The notes under the pieces: generated by a model
What the model was told of the DNA's origin: nothing
What the model saw: the letters and a program-made list of their open reading frames with translations, nothing else
Database searches by the model: none
In this document: piece by piece, positions 50,711 to 60,244 of the stretch
Layout of the letters: the number at the start of each line of letters is the position of its first letter
How positions within the stretch are numbered: position 1 is the first letter of the stretch
Origin: Verrucomicrobiia bacterium
GTDB taxonomy: Bacteria; Verrucomicrobiota; Verrucomicrobiia; Limisphaerales; UBA1319
NCBI GenBank assembly: GCA_963664225.1
Contig: OY760937.1
Coordinates: forward strand, 5,280,001-5,344,000
Length of the DNA: 64,000 bases
Reading direction: 5' to 3'
Made by a program: the position numbers and the translations under genes

Positions 50711-51370
50711 TTAAAGGTGCGCGCTGTTGTCGAAGGCAAACTTCAGCAGGCTGTGGGTGCCATGGAGCTTTAGCTTGTCGCAGATATGTTGGCGATGATT
50801 GTCAACGGTCCGGACGCTCAGGCTGAGGCGGTCGGCAATTTCCTTGCTGGTATAATCCTCGCCGATGAGCTTGAGGATTCGGCGTTCTGCCGGAGTTAGA
50901 GCTTCAATCTGAGGTTTGCTCAATAGCAACTCGCGCACACGATCACTGCGGCGCTTCCCAACATCGAGCATCGAGGCCGTAAGAAAGGTCTCGCCCCGGT
51001 TGACTTTTTCCAGTGCCGCCACAATGTCGGTTGCGGCGTTTTCTTTTAATACATACGCCTTGACCCCCAAATCCATTGCCGCATTAAACATATCCTCCTC
51101 GTTGTACATGGTCAGGATGATGACCTTCACCTCAAAGGGCAGCTTCCGGATCTCCCGAATCGTTTCCAGTCCGTTGAGCCGCGGCATATCGATGTCTGTA
51201 ATGACGATGTCCGGTTTAAGTGAGGCCATCAATTCCAGCGCCACTTTCCCATCAGCGGCCTCTCCAACGATCTTGAAGCGGGAGTTGCGACCGATGGCGT
51301 CACGGACCCCAATGCGGAGGAGTTGATGGTCATCCACAACCAGCACTTTCACTGCTTCGGTCATAATCAT
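50711..51370 (-). CDS. NarL/FixJ-family response regulator (REC + LuxR HTH)
   Basis: 'VVDDH', 'DIDMP', 'YVLKE', 'LTPAERRIL...TSKEIADRLSLSVRTVDNHR'. Confidence 0.95.
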   Translation of the reverse strand: MIMTEAVKVLVVDDHQLLRIGVRDAIGRNSRFKIVGEAADGKVALELMASLKPDIVITDIDMPRLNGLETIREIRKLPFEVKVIILTMYNEEDMFNAAMDLGVKAYVLKENAATDIVAALEKVNRGETFLTASMLDVGKRRSDRVRELLLSKPQIEALTPAERRILKLIGEDYTSKEIADRLSLSVRTVDNHRQHICDKLKLHGTHSLLKFAFDNSAHL

Positions 51371-54300
51371 TTTTTATTCAACGGAACATCGACGTTCAAA
51401 CTGGTGCCCTGGCTCGGTTGCGAGTCGATGGTCATTGTTCCTCCCAATATACGCACCCGCTCGGCCATGCCGCTAAGCCCATATCCAAGGTCGTATGATT
51501 CAGACGATAGTTTCGCAGGATCGCAACCCCGGCCATTGTCCCGGATCGACACCGTGACACCACCAGTGCGAACCTTGATCACCACGGTTGCCTCCGTCGC
51601 TCCAGAGTGCTTGACCACGTTGTTGACGGCCTCCTGAACAATTCGGTAAACGTGGATCTCCGCATCCTTGTCGAACAATTCATCAATGTCTTCCACGCGG
51701 CTGGCAAAAAGGATGGAACAATTCTCGGAGGCGCGATTGACCGAGGCGCGGATCGCCTGTGTCAAACCCAGGCGGTCGAGTTGATACGGCCGCAAACCGT
51801 GAGTGATCTGGCGCACTTCATCGATGGCTTGCGATGTGGTAATCGAGATCTCCTTCAAACGATCCTGCAATCCATGATCGCTGGGATTGGACTGCATTGC
51901 CATCAACGCATGGTTCTTTATCGCCAGCAGAACCTGACCGAGGCTGTCGTGCAAATTCGACGCAATGCGGCGCCGCTCTTCTTCAACACGCGCCAGCACC
52001 TTGCGCGAAAACGCGAGCTGGGTCGCCTGCTGCCGTTCCAAACGCCGCCGCAATAGATAAGCCCAAAGCAAAGCCCCAACGGTGACTGCAATCAGCACTC
52101 CAATGAGAACCGCCGTCTTTTTCCAGGTCCACCAGGGAGGTCCGCTCAGCAAAACGATATCCGCCGGGTTCCTCAGCAAAATGTTCAATGGCGCCCCTAC
52201 CGCCTCGTCATCGCACACACCAGTGAGACGGACCAGACTCCCGGGAGTGATATCAGGCAGGGGACCGCTGCCAAACGCAAGCGACGCAACAAAAACCCGC
52301 TCCTGGTGCTGGAGTTCGAATACTTGATTAAAACCATTTGTCTTGCGCGACAACAACGTCGCCTTGGCGGTAACCAACCTGCCAACCTGGTCGGTGGACA
52401 TCCCCTTTGCCAGGTCTAGTTCTTTGGGTTTCACTGGCTCTCCGAAGCCCGCGGCACGCACCACCGCATCCTTCAATGTTCGGCTAGGACCACCGGGCAT
52501 TTGAAACGCGAGCACCTCCACCCGTTTGCCGATTTCAGCGACGAACCCGTCCGCGCTTTCCACCCGGATGCCCCCGGCGGCATCCTGCATGAAAAACAAC
52601 CGGGCATCCCGCCAGGTGACTTCGCCTGCCACGCGCACTCTGTGGGCCCTTGCCAGATCAAGATCCTCCGAAAGCACATCAATTATGGAACGCTGAGGAA
52701 CCGCAAACGGGTCTTGTGGCGGAGTCTCGTCCATCTGAACAAAAGCCTGGGATGGAATAAGCAAAACGGGCCCGGGCAGCACTTCCAAAGAGAGCACGCC
52801 CCTTGCGCGCACTTTCGCATCGACATAGCGGGCCAGGTGATTGGACGCTGTATTGCCAATCCAGAGGCGGACATCGCCACTGTTTTCGAACAGGGTTAGC
52901 GTGCCGTCTGAATTGAACGAATGTACAACACCTTGAACTTCGGTCCACCGCCCATCCCGGTTCCCAGGCACAGGCCACCCCAGAGGTTGGTCAACTGGCG
53001 ATGGCATGGAGTGCGGTCCCATATCGACAACCACCAGAGGAGTGATCGCTCCAATGTTCTTGCCCGGTTCCAGTGCACCAGCAATATCCACCCACTCTCC
53101 CACTTTGAATTGGTCCTTAAAACGCCCGTCTTTGAGGGTAACGCGAAGTGCCGCCGCGCCTTCCTGTACGTAAATGGAGTCCGTTCCAAGGACCCGGTCA
53201 TTAAACGTCACCACACCTCGAGTGGCAAAGAACCCCTCCATGGCAGAGTTCTTTGTGAGCGCGCTCTGTGCCGGTTGGCTCAATTCATTCACCACTCTAT
53301 TGGCGGGACTTCCCTGAACGACTGAAATGCCGTTGCTCGATGTAGCCCAGATGAGTCCCGGGATCAGGGTGCCTTTTGGATCGTATGCCCCCTCGCAGAC
53401 GCCCTCGATTCGGACCACGGCGTTTGTGAGTCGCCTGGCCAGTTCCGCGTTCCATCGCAATCCGCGAACTTGCGCCGACGCCTGCCCGTCGGATATTTCC
53501 AAAAAGGCCGACCCTCGTTCCTCCCCTGCAAATTTCACCGTTCCTTCAACAACGGCCCAACGGAAACTGTCTTCGGGCTGCCATGTTTGGCCCAGGGAAA
53601 TCGGGACCGGTTTCGGCATGGGTCCTGATCCGATTACAGTAATTGCGGCCTCTTTGACCGTCAGAGCGGACACAAATGCGCGTGGACCTCCCATGCCAAT
53701 CAATCGACCCAGAGTGAAATTAGTCCAGTATTCACGTAAAATTCCTGTGTTTGTCTTGGCAACCTCTCCTTCATGCCAAGGAGTGAGGTAAGTGCCATCG
53801 ATGACAGATTGTTCGATCGTTGGTCCCTGCCAGGCCACGGACAGGTTTTCCAATCCAGCCGTCTGTTCCTGCAAAGCTTCAATGTAGTACATTTCCCCGG
53901 CTTTGAGCTCGATTGGTTCCGAATGCTGCGATGGGAATCGCGACCATTCGCGCGGTTCGACAAATAAAAACGTCGGAACCGTGCCGATCCTCCTGATGGT
54001 CGTTGGGCTCGCATCAAGTCCCAGCCACAACTCCGAGGAATTGTCGCTGGCGATCCAGAAACTATATCGCCCCGTAACGGGCGGGCGCAGCCATCCACGC
54101 ATTCGGGTCAGGTAATACTCGCCCCCGTTGGTGGGAGCCTCAAACACTGGCCGAATATCCAAGCCAGAGGGTCGATACGGATAATCCGGGAAACGCGAAA
54201 AATACGGTGAGCAGTTGGTGCCATCGATTCGGACGATTTGTCCCGATTCCACCTTGCCCAGGCCGGATATGATATGGAGCGTCACCGCCGCATTCGTGTC

Positions 54301-54573
54301 TTGCAGGACAACCAGTTGCCGGTTCGTATCGACCAGCGTGACCACGCCCTCCAAATGAAAATCACATCCTCCGAGAAAATCCGCTCCCGAAATCGTCCTG
54401 AATTGCGCCGCGTTGGTGACATAATGGCGCTGGCTTGCGCCGGTTGGCTCAAGCAAACTCTCTGCAGGAACCTCATTTGTGCACCATAACCCAGCGATAC
54501 TCGCCAAAACGAGAACCGCCGACCGCACACACGCATTGATTTTCGTGGCGCAATGTTGAAGCAATAAAGTCAT
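51367..54573 (-). CDS. HisKA_3 sensor histidine kinase with repeated extracytoplasmic modules and an inserted PA14 domain
   Basis: 'EEERRRIASNLHDSLGQ', 'YRIVQEAVNNVVKHS', 'DNGRG', one TM after 'PPWWT'. Start set at MTLLLQ (signal-like segment follows, operator upstream); the ORF track extends to 54801. Confidence 0.9.
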   Translation of the reverse strand: MTLLLQHCATKINACVRSAVLVLASIAGLWCTNEVPAESLLEPTGASQRHYVTNAAQFRTISGADFLGGCDFHLEGVVTLVDTNRQLVVLQDTNAAVTLHIISGLGKVESGQIVRIDGTNCSPYFSRFPDYPYRPSGLDIRPVFEAPTNGGEYYLTRMRGWLRPPVTGRYSFWIASDNSSELWLGLDASPTTIRRIGTVPTFLFVEPREWSRFPSQHSEPIELKAGEMYYIEALQEQTAGLENLSVAWQGPTIEQSVIDGTYLTPWHEGEVAKTNTGILREYWTNFTLGRLIGMGGPRAFVSALTVKEAAITVIGSGPMPKPVPISLGQTWQPEDSFRWAVVEGTVKFAGEERGSAFLEISDGQASAQVRGLRWNAELARRLTNAVVRIEGVCEGAYDPKGTLIPGLIWATSSNGISVVQGSPANRVVNELSQPAQSALTKNSAMEGFFATRGVVTFNDRVLGTDSIYVQEGAAALRVTLKDGRFKDQFKVGEWVDIAGALEPGKNIGAITPLVVVDMGPHSMPSPVDQPLGWPVPGNRDGRWTEVQGVVHSFNSDGTLTLFENSGDVRLWIGNTASNHLARYVDAKVRARGVLSLEVLPGPVLLIPSQAFVQMDETPPQDPFAVPQRSIIDVLSEDLDLARAHRVRVAGEVTWRDARLFFMQDAAGGIRVESADGFVAEIGKRVEVLAFQMPGGPSRTLKDAVVRAAGFGEPVKPKELDLAKGMSTDQVGRLVTAKATLLSRKTNGFNQVFELQHQERVFVASLAFGSGPLPDITPGSLVRLTGVCDDEAVGAPLNILLRNPADIVLLSGPPWWTWKKTAVLIGVLIAVTVGALLWAYLLRRRLERQQATQLAFSRKVLARVEEERRRIASNLHDSLGQVLLAIKNHALMAMQSNPSDHGLQDRLKEISITTSQAIDEVRQITHGLRPYQLDRLGLTQAIRASVNRASENCSILFASRVEDIDELFDKDAEIHVYRIVQEAVNNVVKHSGATEATVVIKVRTGGVTVSIRDNGRGCDPAKLSSESYDLGYGLSGMAERVRILGGTMTIDSQPSQGTSLNVDVPLNKK

Positions 54574-54638
54574 CTGACCGGCAACAATACCGCCGCCATC
54601 TCTTACCACGCCGGGGTGTCCGCACCAAGGCGATTTGC

Positions 54639-54656
54639 ATGAGTATTCATGCTCAT
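54639..54656. promoter_or_regulatory. Palindromic operator box 5 (ATGAGTA-TTCA-TGCTCAT)
   Basis: Identical to 25039-25056; 66-83 bp upstream of the proposed kinase start. Confidence 0.7.
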
Positions 54657-54860
54657 TACGGGGGCATTTCTTCTGGACCGTGGAGTCTTGTCCGTTTCCA
54701 TGCAGCTCGATTTGAATTGAAACGCTTTTTGGTTTCGGCCATGCCGGGTTAGGCATACCGCTCCGAATCATCGACTCTGCGCCCGAGGCATTCGACTCCA
54801 TCCTGGCTGCTCCACGGAGTTCGATGCACGCGGGCGTTAGGCCACCTCACCAGATAAACT

Positions 54861-56144
54861 TTATTGAGGCTGCACCCGACCTGACATGTGTGGATCATAG
54901 GTGGAGTGTTTTGCAGGGAGGATACGCTGAATCAAGGACCAAGCTGCCTGATCGCAAGCGCGTTCGGCGTTTTCATTGCCGGCATTGCAGGCTGCGAACA
55001 CCGCGAAATCGATGTCCGGAGCAATGGTCAAGCATGCATACCATCTGCCGTTGCTTCCGGAGTGGTAAAGCCACCGTCCCCTGGCCCAGTCCCTGGTGGA
55101 AACAATCCAATCCATCGCCCAGGCACCCGCGAGCGGCGTGTGTAGCCTGCGGAAACTCTTTACCGAGAGCAAACCCTTCTTGCCAAGTTCACCGGACAAA
55201 TGAGCGCTCGTGAAACGGGCGATGTCCTGCAGGGAGGCATGTGCTCTTCCGTTCGGATTGAATGAGGGCGGATTGTCAGCAAACCGATTACCCGGATCCA
55301 GCGTGTGCCAGATTGCCCCGGGCGACTCGCCATTCAGCCAGTGCCCCCAGGGTTGATCGCGTTTACCGGGATCGCCAGGAGGCCCAAATCCGGTCGATTT
55401 CATCCCTAGCGGAACAAGCAGTTCCTGTTCAAAGAGTTTTTCAAAACTCTTCCCGGCGGTTTTCTCGAGCATCAGCCCGGCAAGCATGACCCCGGCATTT
55501 GAATAATCACTTTTCCCCGTGCGACCAACCGGTGGCAGGGCCAGAACCGCCTCGGCGCACTTACGCCGGTTCTCGGTTGGCGACAGCTTTGTGTCATAAT
55601 CCTGGAGAAACCAAACGGGCATGCCTTTGTGTAGAAGCCGCGGGGCGGTTTCGGAATCCTGAGACTCCATGGGCACATCCTGGGGTAAGCCACTTTCGTG
55701 GCGGAGGAGTTGATCCAGTGTGACCGTCCGATACTCTTTTCGCATCAGGCCAGTCAGTTCAGGAACCGCTTGTGCAATCGTCGTATCCCAGGTGATGCAG
55801 CCTTTTTCGACCAATCGAGCGGCAACAGTAGCCGTCATGGGCTTGGTAATGGATCCCAGGTGCCAATGGTCATTGGTCGTAACCCGTTCCCGGAAACCCA
55901 CAGCACGCAAACCTGTGGCTGCCAATTCGACCATGCCGGTGGAAGTCATCGAAACCGCAGCCAAGGCTGGCAGGTTGTGCCCCTGCCTGATACGCTCAAG
56001 AACTTCCGTGAGATGACCATCGCCAGCAGAGCCGAACTTGAAATCATCCTGAAAATCCCATAGTTCCGAACCCAAGCCAGTCGATACAGCCGTACAAACG
56101 CATGTGAAGAGGACTAGCGCTGTTTTGAGACTTGGGATTCTCAT
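54861..56144 (-). CDS. Secreted serine hydrolase, beta-lactamase/AmpC-related family
   Basis: SxxK 'GSITK', 'LLRHESG', 'YSNAG', 'HSGSNG'. Start set at MRIPSL. Confidence 0.88.
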   Translation of the reverse strand: MRIPSLKTALVLFTCVCTAVSTGLGSELWDFQDDFKFGSAGDGHLTEVLERIRQGHNLPALAAVSMTSTGMVELAATGLRAVGFRERVTTNDHWHLGSITKPMTATVAARLVEKGCITWDTTIAQAVPELTGLMRKEYRTVTLDQLLRHESGLPQDVPMESQDSETAPRLLHKGMPVWFLQDYDTKLSPTENRRKCAEAVLALPPVGRTGKSDYSNAGVMLAGLMLEKTAGKSFEKLFEQELLVPLGMKSTGFGPPGDPGKRDQPWGHWLNGESPGAIWHTLDPGNRFADNPPSFNPNGRAHASLQDIARFTSAHLSGELGKKGLLSVKSFRRLHTPLAGAWAMDWIVSTRDWARGRWLYHSGSNGRWYACLTIAPDIDFAVFAACNAGNENAERACDQAAWSLIQRILPAKHSTYDPHMSGRVQPQ

Positions 56145-56446
56145 GGGAAGAGATAGTGGCCTTTGATTAAATGACGAGCAGTTCGTAAATTGAATCGGGA
56201 ATGAAATGCCAGGAATACAACTGCATTTGGCCAAATGCTGCGAGCGGCATTTCGTCACGCGTCCTCTGTCAAAGAAGCGCGTGAGAATTTCCATGAGCGT
56301 TATGTGGCTGAGCGGCATTTTGTGACGGATTATAAATCCAGATTAAGCATGTGTTCTCTTCTCCCCAACAATTTTCAAGGTGGGCGGCAGTCATGATGGA
56401 GTCAAATGGAAAATAACGCGCGAAAGCAGGGACGAACAAGAATTGC

Positions 56447-57439
56447 TCAGGCCCTGGGATGGGCGAGATTATAGGCCTGCTTGAGGCGTTCGGTGGTCAG
56501 GTGGGTGTAGATTTGGGTGGTGGCCAGGTGGGCGTGGCCGAGCAGTTCCTGAACGCTGCGGAGGTCGGCTCCGGCGTCGAGGAGGTGCGTGGCGTAGCTG
56601 TGGCGCAGTTTGTGGGGAGTCAGCTTGGGGTCCAGACCGGCCATGGTGAGGTATCGCTTGAGCCGGAGTTGGATCAGCCTTGGATAAATGGGAGCGGGCG
56701 TGTCAAAATTCACCCAGAAGGCGGGTTCGGTGTTCGCGGGAACGTGGGGCAGGGATTGCCAGTAATGTGCGATGGCCTCCAGGGCGGGCGCGCCAATGGG
56801 GACCTGGCGTTCCTTGCGGCCTTTTCCAAGGACACGGATGAGTTGTTCCTGCGGCTGGATATCCCCGGCGGTGAGGCTGCAAATCTCGCTGATACGCAGG
56901 CCGCAGGAGTAAATGGTTTCAAGGATGGCGACATCGCGCAGACAGGCCGAGGCATCTTCAACGGTGGGTTTGGGGGCGTCGTCTGCGGTCACTTTGAGCG
57001 CGTTCAACGGGGCCTGGAGCAGGTCGATCATCTGCTGAACAGTGAGAAAGCGCGGGAGCCGTTTTTCGATTTTCGGCATCGAGATATTGCGAATGGGCGA
57101 GCTGGTGAGGACTCCGCGACGAATGAGGAATTTGTAAAAAGAGCGTAGGGCTGAAAAGCGAAGCTGCGTGGCCGCGCGGCTTAATTTGGAACGGCCCAGG
57201 AAACGCAGGTAGGCGCGAAAATCGTCCCGTTCCAGTTTTTCCCAGCAGGGCAGTGATTGGTGCTCGTGCCAGCGCCAGCCCACAAATTCGTCCAGCGCCT
57301 GTTTGTAATTGCGATGCGTGTACGGAGACGCCCCGCGATCCCCGGTCAGGTGCTGGAGGAATTGATCCACACGGGTGTCTGGCGGTGGACTTTGGTCTGC
57401 CTGGTTGCCGGGAAGCGCGCTGGAGGCGTCCGCGTTCAC
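56447..57439 (-). CDS. xerC: Chromosomal tyrosine recombinase XerC
   Basis: 'SPYTHRNY', 'SALRSFYKFL', 'YSCGLRISE', 'GKGRKER', 'PHKLRHSYATHLL..GADLRSVQELLGH', 'TTQIYTH...HPRA'. Confidence 0.88.
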   Translation of the reverse strand: MNADASSALPGNQADQSPPPDTRVDQFLQHLTGDRGASPYTHRNYKQALDEFVGWRWHEHQSLPCWEKLERDDFRAYLRFLGRSKLSRAATQLRFSALRSFYKFLIRRGVLTSSPIRNISMPKIEKRLPRFLTVQQMIDLLQAPLNALKVTADDAPKPTVEDASACLRDVAILETIYSCGLRISEICSLTAGDIQPQEQLIRVLGKGRKERQVPIGAPALEAIAHYWQSLPHVPANTEPAFWVNFDTPAPIYPRLIQLRLKRYLTMAGLDPKLTPHKLRHSYATHLLDAGADLRSVQELLGHAHLATTQIYTHLTTERLKQAYNLAHPRA

Positions 57440-59967
57440 GGTTTCGGTTCGACTTCCGAGCCTTCCGCCTGGGGCTTGCGGTTGAGTATCTTCGCGCCTT
57501 TGGGGGCCGGAGTCTTGCGCACCCGGGGAGCAAACTCAAATCCCACCTTGCCCTCTTTATTGGCCACCAGAAACGCGGAGAAAGGTCTGTTCTTCTTGGA
57601 AATGAAACGATTGAGCAAATCCGTTTTGCCGGTCGCCAGCAACTTGGTCATCTGCGCGCGGTCGATCTGCTGCTGGAGAATGATTTTCCCCGTGCGGAAC
57701 GTGCAGGTCTTGGGCGTTTCAACGGACTTTTCGCAAATGTAGCTCATGCCGTGCTCGAAAACACGCCCGCCGCATTTGGGGCACTTGCCAAGCGATTCCT
57801 GCGCGGAAAAATCCACGGGTTCCGGATTTCCATCCGCTCCGGTGCCGGGCTGGCCGAAATCAAATTCCAGCTTGAACTCCGGGGAGAATTTCATGATCGC
57901 CGCAAAGGGTCGTCCCATCTTGCTGCGGAAACCTTGCAGCGGCCCGATCTTTTTGTTCGTCAGCAGCTCCTCGATTTCCGCAGATTCGAATTGGCGCCCG
58001 GCAACGGTTTTCCAGAGGGCGAAATCGCAGCTCTTGCACTGGAATTTTTTGTAGTTCTCCTGAATGACGCCCTGGCATTTGGGGCAGGGGGTTTTGAGGG
58101 GGGCGAAATCTCCGGGAACGGTTTCGTTCTCGTAGCCTTTGGCCTTGTTGACGATGTTGCGCGTCATTTCGGCAATCCGGCTCATGAATTCAGGGCGCTG
58201 GAGTTGGCCGCGCTCCATTTGCTTGAGCTGGAATTCCCAATTGCCGGTCAGCTCCGGCGAGCAAAGTTCGGGAATGCCCAAACCACGCAGGAGCGTCATG
58301 AGTGAAAACGCCTTGGGCGTCGGGACGAGTTCGCGTCCCTGGCGCAGCATGTATTCTTCCGAGAGCAGGCCTTCGATGGTGGCCGCGCGCGTGGCCGGTG
58401 TGCCCAGTCCTTTGGCGCTCATCGCCTCGCGTAATTCCTCGTCGTCCACCAGTTTGCCCGCGCCTTCCATGGCGGAGAGGAGCGTGGCTTCCGTATAGCG
58501 CGCCGGTGGCTTGGTCTGGCAGGCGGCGACCTCGATCTTGGTCGTATCCACCTTCTCGCCGGGTTTCACCGGCACCAGACTCGGGGTATCCTCGGACTGT
58601 GCCTCCTTGCCATAGACCGTGAGCCATCCGGGCTGGACCATGACCTTGCCTTCGCTTTTGAAAGGCTCGCTTTCCACGCGCGTGATGCGTGTGGTGAGCA
58701 GAAATTCGGCCGCGGGATAAAACACGGAGAGGAACCGGCGTGTTACAAAATTGTAGAGCGCCGCCTCGTCACCTTCCAGGTTCTTGGGAGCAAGGGCGGT
58801 GGGTATGATGGCGAAATGGTCGGAAATCTTGGCGTTGTTAAAGATCCGTTTATTGGGCTGAACCCAGCGATTCTTGAGAATTTCCCCCGCATACTGCGAA
58901 AACTGCGTATCCCCGAGTGCCGTCAGCGTCTGGCGCACGGTATCCTGATAATCCTCAGGCAAAGCGCGGGAGTCCGTTCTCGGATACGTGAGCGCTTTAT
59001 GCCGTTCATAGAGGGCTTGGGCCAGTTGAAGCGTCCGTTTGGCTGAAAAATGGAACCGGTTGTTCGCCTCGCGCTGGAGGCTGGTCAGATCGAAAAGCAG
59101 CGGAGAAAGCTGGCTGCTGGGTTTGCTTTCCTCGGTGACGATGCCCGGTTTTCCGAGGCATTTATCGTGCAGGGCTCTGGCCACGGCCACATCCCAGATG
59201 CGCTCGGGTTTTTGCTCCGCATCGCCGTTCTTGTCTTTGGCGAATTTTTCATCGAACCAACGCCCGGTGTAAGAGCCTGCTTGGGCGCCGAAGGTGGCAT
59301 GCACTTCCCAGTAATCGCGGCAAATAAAGCGTTTAATCTTCTCCTCGCGCTCGACCACAATGGCCAGGGTCGGCGTTTGAACACGGCCAACGGTGGTCAG
59401 TTGGAAACCGCCTGACTTGGAGTTAAAGGCGGTCATGGCGCGCGTGCCGTTGATGCCGACCAGCCAATCAGACTCGGAGCGGCAGACGGCCGCATCCGCC
59501 AGGGGGCGCATGGTTTCGTCAGCCCGCAGATCCTTGAAACCCTCCCGGATGGAGTTGGGGGTCATGGATTGGAGCCAGAGCCGCTGGATTTTCTTATCCG
59601 TTTTCGCGTGCTGTACTATATAGCGGAAGATCAGCTCCCCCTCGCGGCCTGCATCGCATGCATTAATGAGGGAATCGATATCCTTGCGCTTCAAAAGCCG
59701 GACCAGCGTCTTAAGCCGGGCCTCGGATCTTTCTATGGGGCGCAACGCAAAATGGGGCGGAATCATGGGCAGATTGGCAAAGGACCATTTGCCACGCTTC
59801 ACCTCAAACTCTTCTGGAACAGTGAGTTCAAGAAGATGACCTACTGCGGAAGAGAGCACGAATTGGTCGCTCTCGAAGTAGTCTTCGTGTTTGGTAAAAC
59901 CACCCAGCACGCGGGCGATATCCGCCGCAACCGATGGTTTTTCCGCAATAATCAACGCTTTGCCCAT
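57436..59967 (-). CDS. topB: Type IA DNA topoisomerase III with C-terminal Zn-ribbon-like repeats
   Basis: 'IIAEKPS', 'NACDAGREGELIF', 'GRVQTPTL', catalytic 'TYPRTDS', 'GLGTPATRA'. Confidence 0.9.
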   Translation of the reverse strand: MGKALIIAEKPSVAADIARVLGGFTKHEDYFESDQFVLSSAVGHLLELTVPEEFEVKRGKWSFANLPMIPPHFALRPIERSEARLKTLVRLLKRKDIDSLINACDAGREGELIFRYIVQHAKTDKKIQRLWLQSMTPNSIREGFKDLRADETMRPLADAAVCRSESDWLVGINGTRAMTAFNSKSGGFQLTTVGRVQTPTLAIVVEREEKIKRFICRDYWEVHATFGAQAGSYTGRWFDEKFAKDKNGDAEQKPERIWDVAVARALHDKCLGKPGIVTEESKPSSQLSPLLFDLTSLQREANNRFHFSAKRTLQLAQALYERHKALTYPRTDSRALPEDYQDTVRQTLTALGDTQFSQYAGEILKNRWVQPNKRIFNNAKISDHFAIIPTALAPKNLEGDEAALYNFVTRRFLSVFYPAAEFLLTTRITRVESEPFKSEGKVMVQPGWLTVYGKEAQSEDTPSLVPVKPGEKVDTTKIEVAACQTKPPARYTEATLLSAMEGAGKLVDDEELREAMSAKGLGTPATRAATIEGLLSEEYMLRQGRELVPTPKAFSLMTLLRGLGIPELCSPELTGNWEFQLKQMERGQLQRPEFMSRIAEMTRNIVNKAKGYENETVPGDFAPLKTPCPKCQGVIQENYKKFQCKSCDFALWKTVAGRQFESAEIEELLTNKKIGPLQGFRSKMGRPFAAIMKFSPEFKLEFDFGQPGTGADGNPEPVDFSAQESLGKCPKCGGRVFEHGMSYICEKSVETPKTCTFRTGKIILQQQIDRAQMTKLLATGKTDLLNRFISKKNRPFSAFLVANKEGKVGFEFAPRVRKTPAPKGAKILNRKPQAEGSEVEPKP

Positions 59968-60244
59968 GTCTTTCTGCACTTTTTTCCGAGATTATTAAAG
60001 CCTCAAGGATTGCCTGAGCATCCCGAGGTATGGCCGTCGCATTGAACGCGTCGGCGGCCTGTCATAACAATAGGCTGGGAAATTGCTCCAATCCTTATGC
60101 AAAGTCAAAGCCTGAATCGATACGGCGGCTTGCAGAGAGGGATATATTGAATGTATGTTGTTGCAGCAAAGAACTTTACGACAGTTTTAATGGGGTTTGC
60201 CGGGCCGGAAGTGGGAATAATCGTTAAAGGAGACCTGAAAGCGG

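Noticed and set aside
54574..54801. N-terminal extension of the kinase ORF (similar extensions at 18227-18403, 10390-10434 and 56145-56318)
   Set aside because: Downstream starts give proper signal peptides, and the kinase extension contains the operator palindrome.
56447..57439. XerC as the integrase of the tRNA-Gly islands
   Set aside because: Typical chromosomal XerC sequence overlapping topB in a core-gene block, 33 kb from the nearest att-like site.
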